DNA of 64,000 bases, taken from Andalucia godoyi And28. Its lineage: Eukaryota > Protista > Jakobida. Below, piece by piece: positions 63,241 through 64,000 of the stretch. The notes under the pieces were generated by a model, which ran no database searches, was not told where the DNA came from, and worked only from the letters and a program-made list of their open reading frames with translations. A program made the translations under genes and the position numbers. How positions within the stretch are numbered: position 1 is the stretch's first letter; the number at the start of each line of letters is the position of its first letter. The stretch covers positions 195,974 to 259,973 of the forward strand of contig VRVR01000027.1 in NCBI GenBank assembly GCA_009859145.1, read 5' to 3'.

Positions 63241-64000
63241 ATGAAATTCTCCTTGATCAGCTCATGGATTTGTTCCTTCGAAGATTCGAAAATTGACAAG
63301 TTGAACTTTGATGTGACAAAAATTCTAGATCTTCTCGAAGAAACCATATCCTGGATTTTATTCAGTCATCGAAAACACGATCCCCTTTCATTTCGGATTT
63401 ATGTGGATGCTTTTTGGAAGAGCCGTATTTCCGCGCTCGTCACTCAAGGTGATGATGGTTTTCGGAAAATCCAACGTTACCTGAAACTTGATACATTTTG
63501 TGATCAGTGCCTTGGCGGTCGTAGGCCTCAGGGAAACTTTAAATCCGCTTCCAAATTATGGTCGGTATGGTTGGCATTGATTTCACAAGATCAGACAGCG
63601 ACCTCACAATTTTGTATGTCGATGTCGAAAGACCTTGGACTTCTTCGCACGCAAATGTGTTCATTTATTGTTCTTACTTGCGAGTGTATGTTTCGGGTGA
63701 TCGAGATGAATAATTGTTCTATGAGCATCCTTCAGGGTTACCGTCCTTTCTTTGAAGTGATAATCAATGACGAGCAACTTGCTAATGATATGCCCAACGA
63801 CATTATCCAATGCGCACTGTGTTTTGCAAACTATGTTATCACCCGGGCAAAGAATGCACCTGTTCTTCAAGATTGTCAAAATCTTTTGAAGATGGCTTCT
63901 CAGTTCTGCCAGGTAGAATCATCCGGGGACACAGAATATGCTCGCAGATGGGTTCTTGCCAAAATGCTATTTTACAGCGCTTTAATCCGTCGTTCGAAGA
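63241..64000 (+). CDS. Partial hypothetical helical protein (at least 253 aa), runs off the window end; absent from the ORF track
   Basis: ATG at 63241; I translated the frame with no stop through 64000 (MKFSLISSWICSFEDSK...LAKMLFYSALIRRSK). Confidence 0.6.
   Translation, partial: MKFSLISSWICSFEDSKIDKLNFDVTKILDLLEETISWILFSHRKHDPLSFRIYVDAFWKSRISALVTQGDDGFRKIQRYLKLDTFCDQCLGGRRPQGNFKSASKLWSVWLALISQDQTATSQFCMSMSKDLGLLRTQMCSFIVLTCECMFRVIEMNNCSMSILQGYRPFFEVIINDEQLANDMPNDIIQCALCFANYVITRAKNAPVLQDCQNLLKMASQFCQVESSGDTEYARRWVLAKMLFYSALIRRSK

Noticed and set aside
230-64000. Genome-wide TGA=Trp reassignment
   Set aside because: Conserved Trp residues use TGG and TGA ends well-formed genes such as the PMCA-like ATPase; in-frame TGAs are confined to decayed loci.

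Overview
This is an intron-poor eukaryotic (protist-like) genomic window of roughly 50% GC. It uses the standard code with TAA, TAG and TGA stops, and most true ATG starts follow pyrimidine-rich tracts, so many ORF-track starts (TTG/GTG) are corrected here. (1) 0.2-10.3 kb is a cation/metal-homeostasis neighbourhood: PMCA-type Ca2+-ATPase, an unannotated 40-aa His/Asp/Lys micro-ORF, a Pca1-like P1B heavy-metal ATPase, a ZIP transporter and a Zn2Cys6 transcription factor. (2) About 11-53 kb is an accessory, partly decaying region rich in mobile or virus-like genes: divergent intronless type IIA topoisomerase, F-box and RING proteins, a clan-CE-like protease and its TGA-interrupted paralog, a DIRS-like RT/RNase H relic, a serine recombinase, three GIY-YIG homologs and a Res-type SF2 helicase. 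It also holds three arrays of one 91-bp structured repeat (24 units) and GPI-anchored surface proteins. No capsid, DNA polymerase or packaging ATPase was seen, so a viral origin is inference only. (3) 53.9-61.9 kb is the most striking locus: a soluble kinase-KEN ribonuclease (IRE1/RNase L-like, FIRNLACH motif) encoded head-to-head with a non-RD kinase carrying near-identical, locally diversified TPR repeats, with a decayed KEN-like relic nearby. It is a candidate sensor/effector innate-immunity or cell-death pair. All family calls come from motif recognition by eye; no database searches were run.
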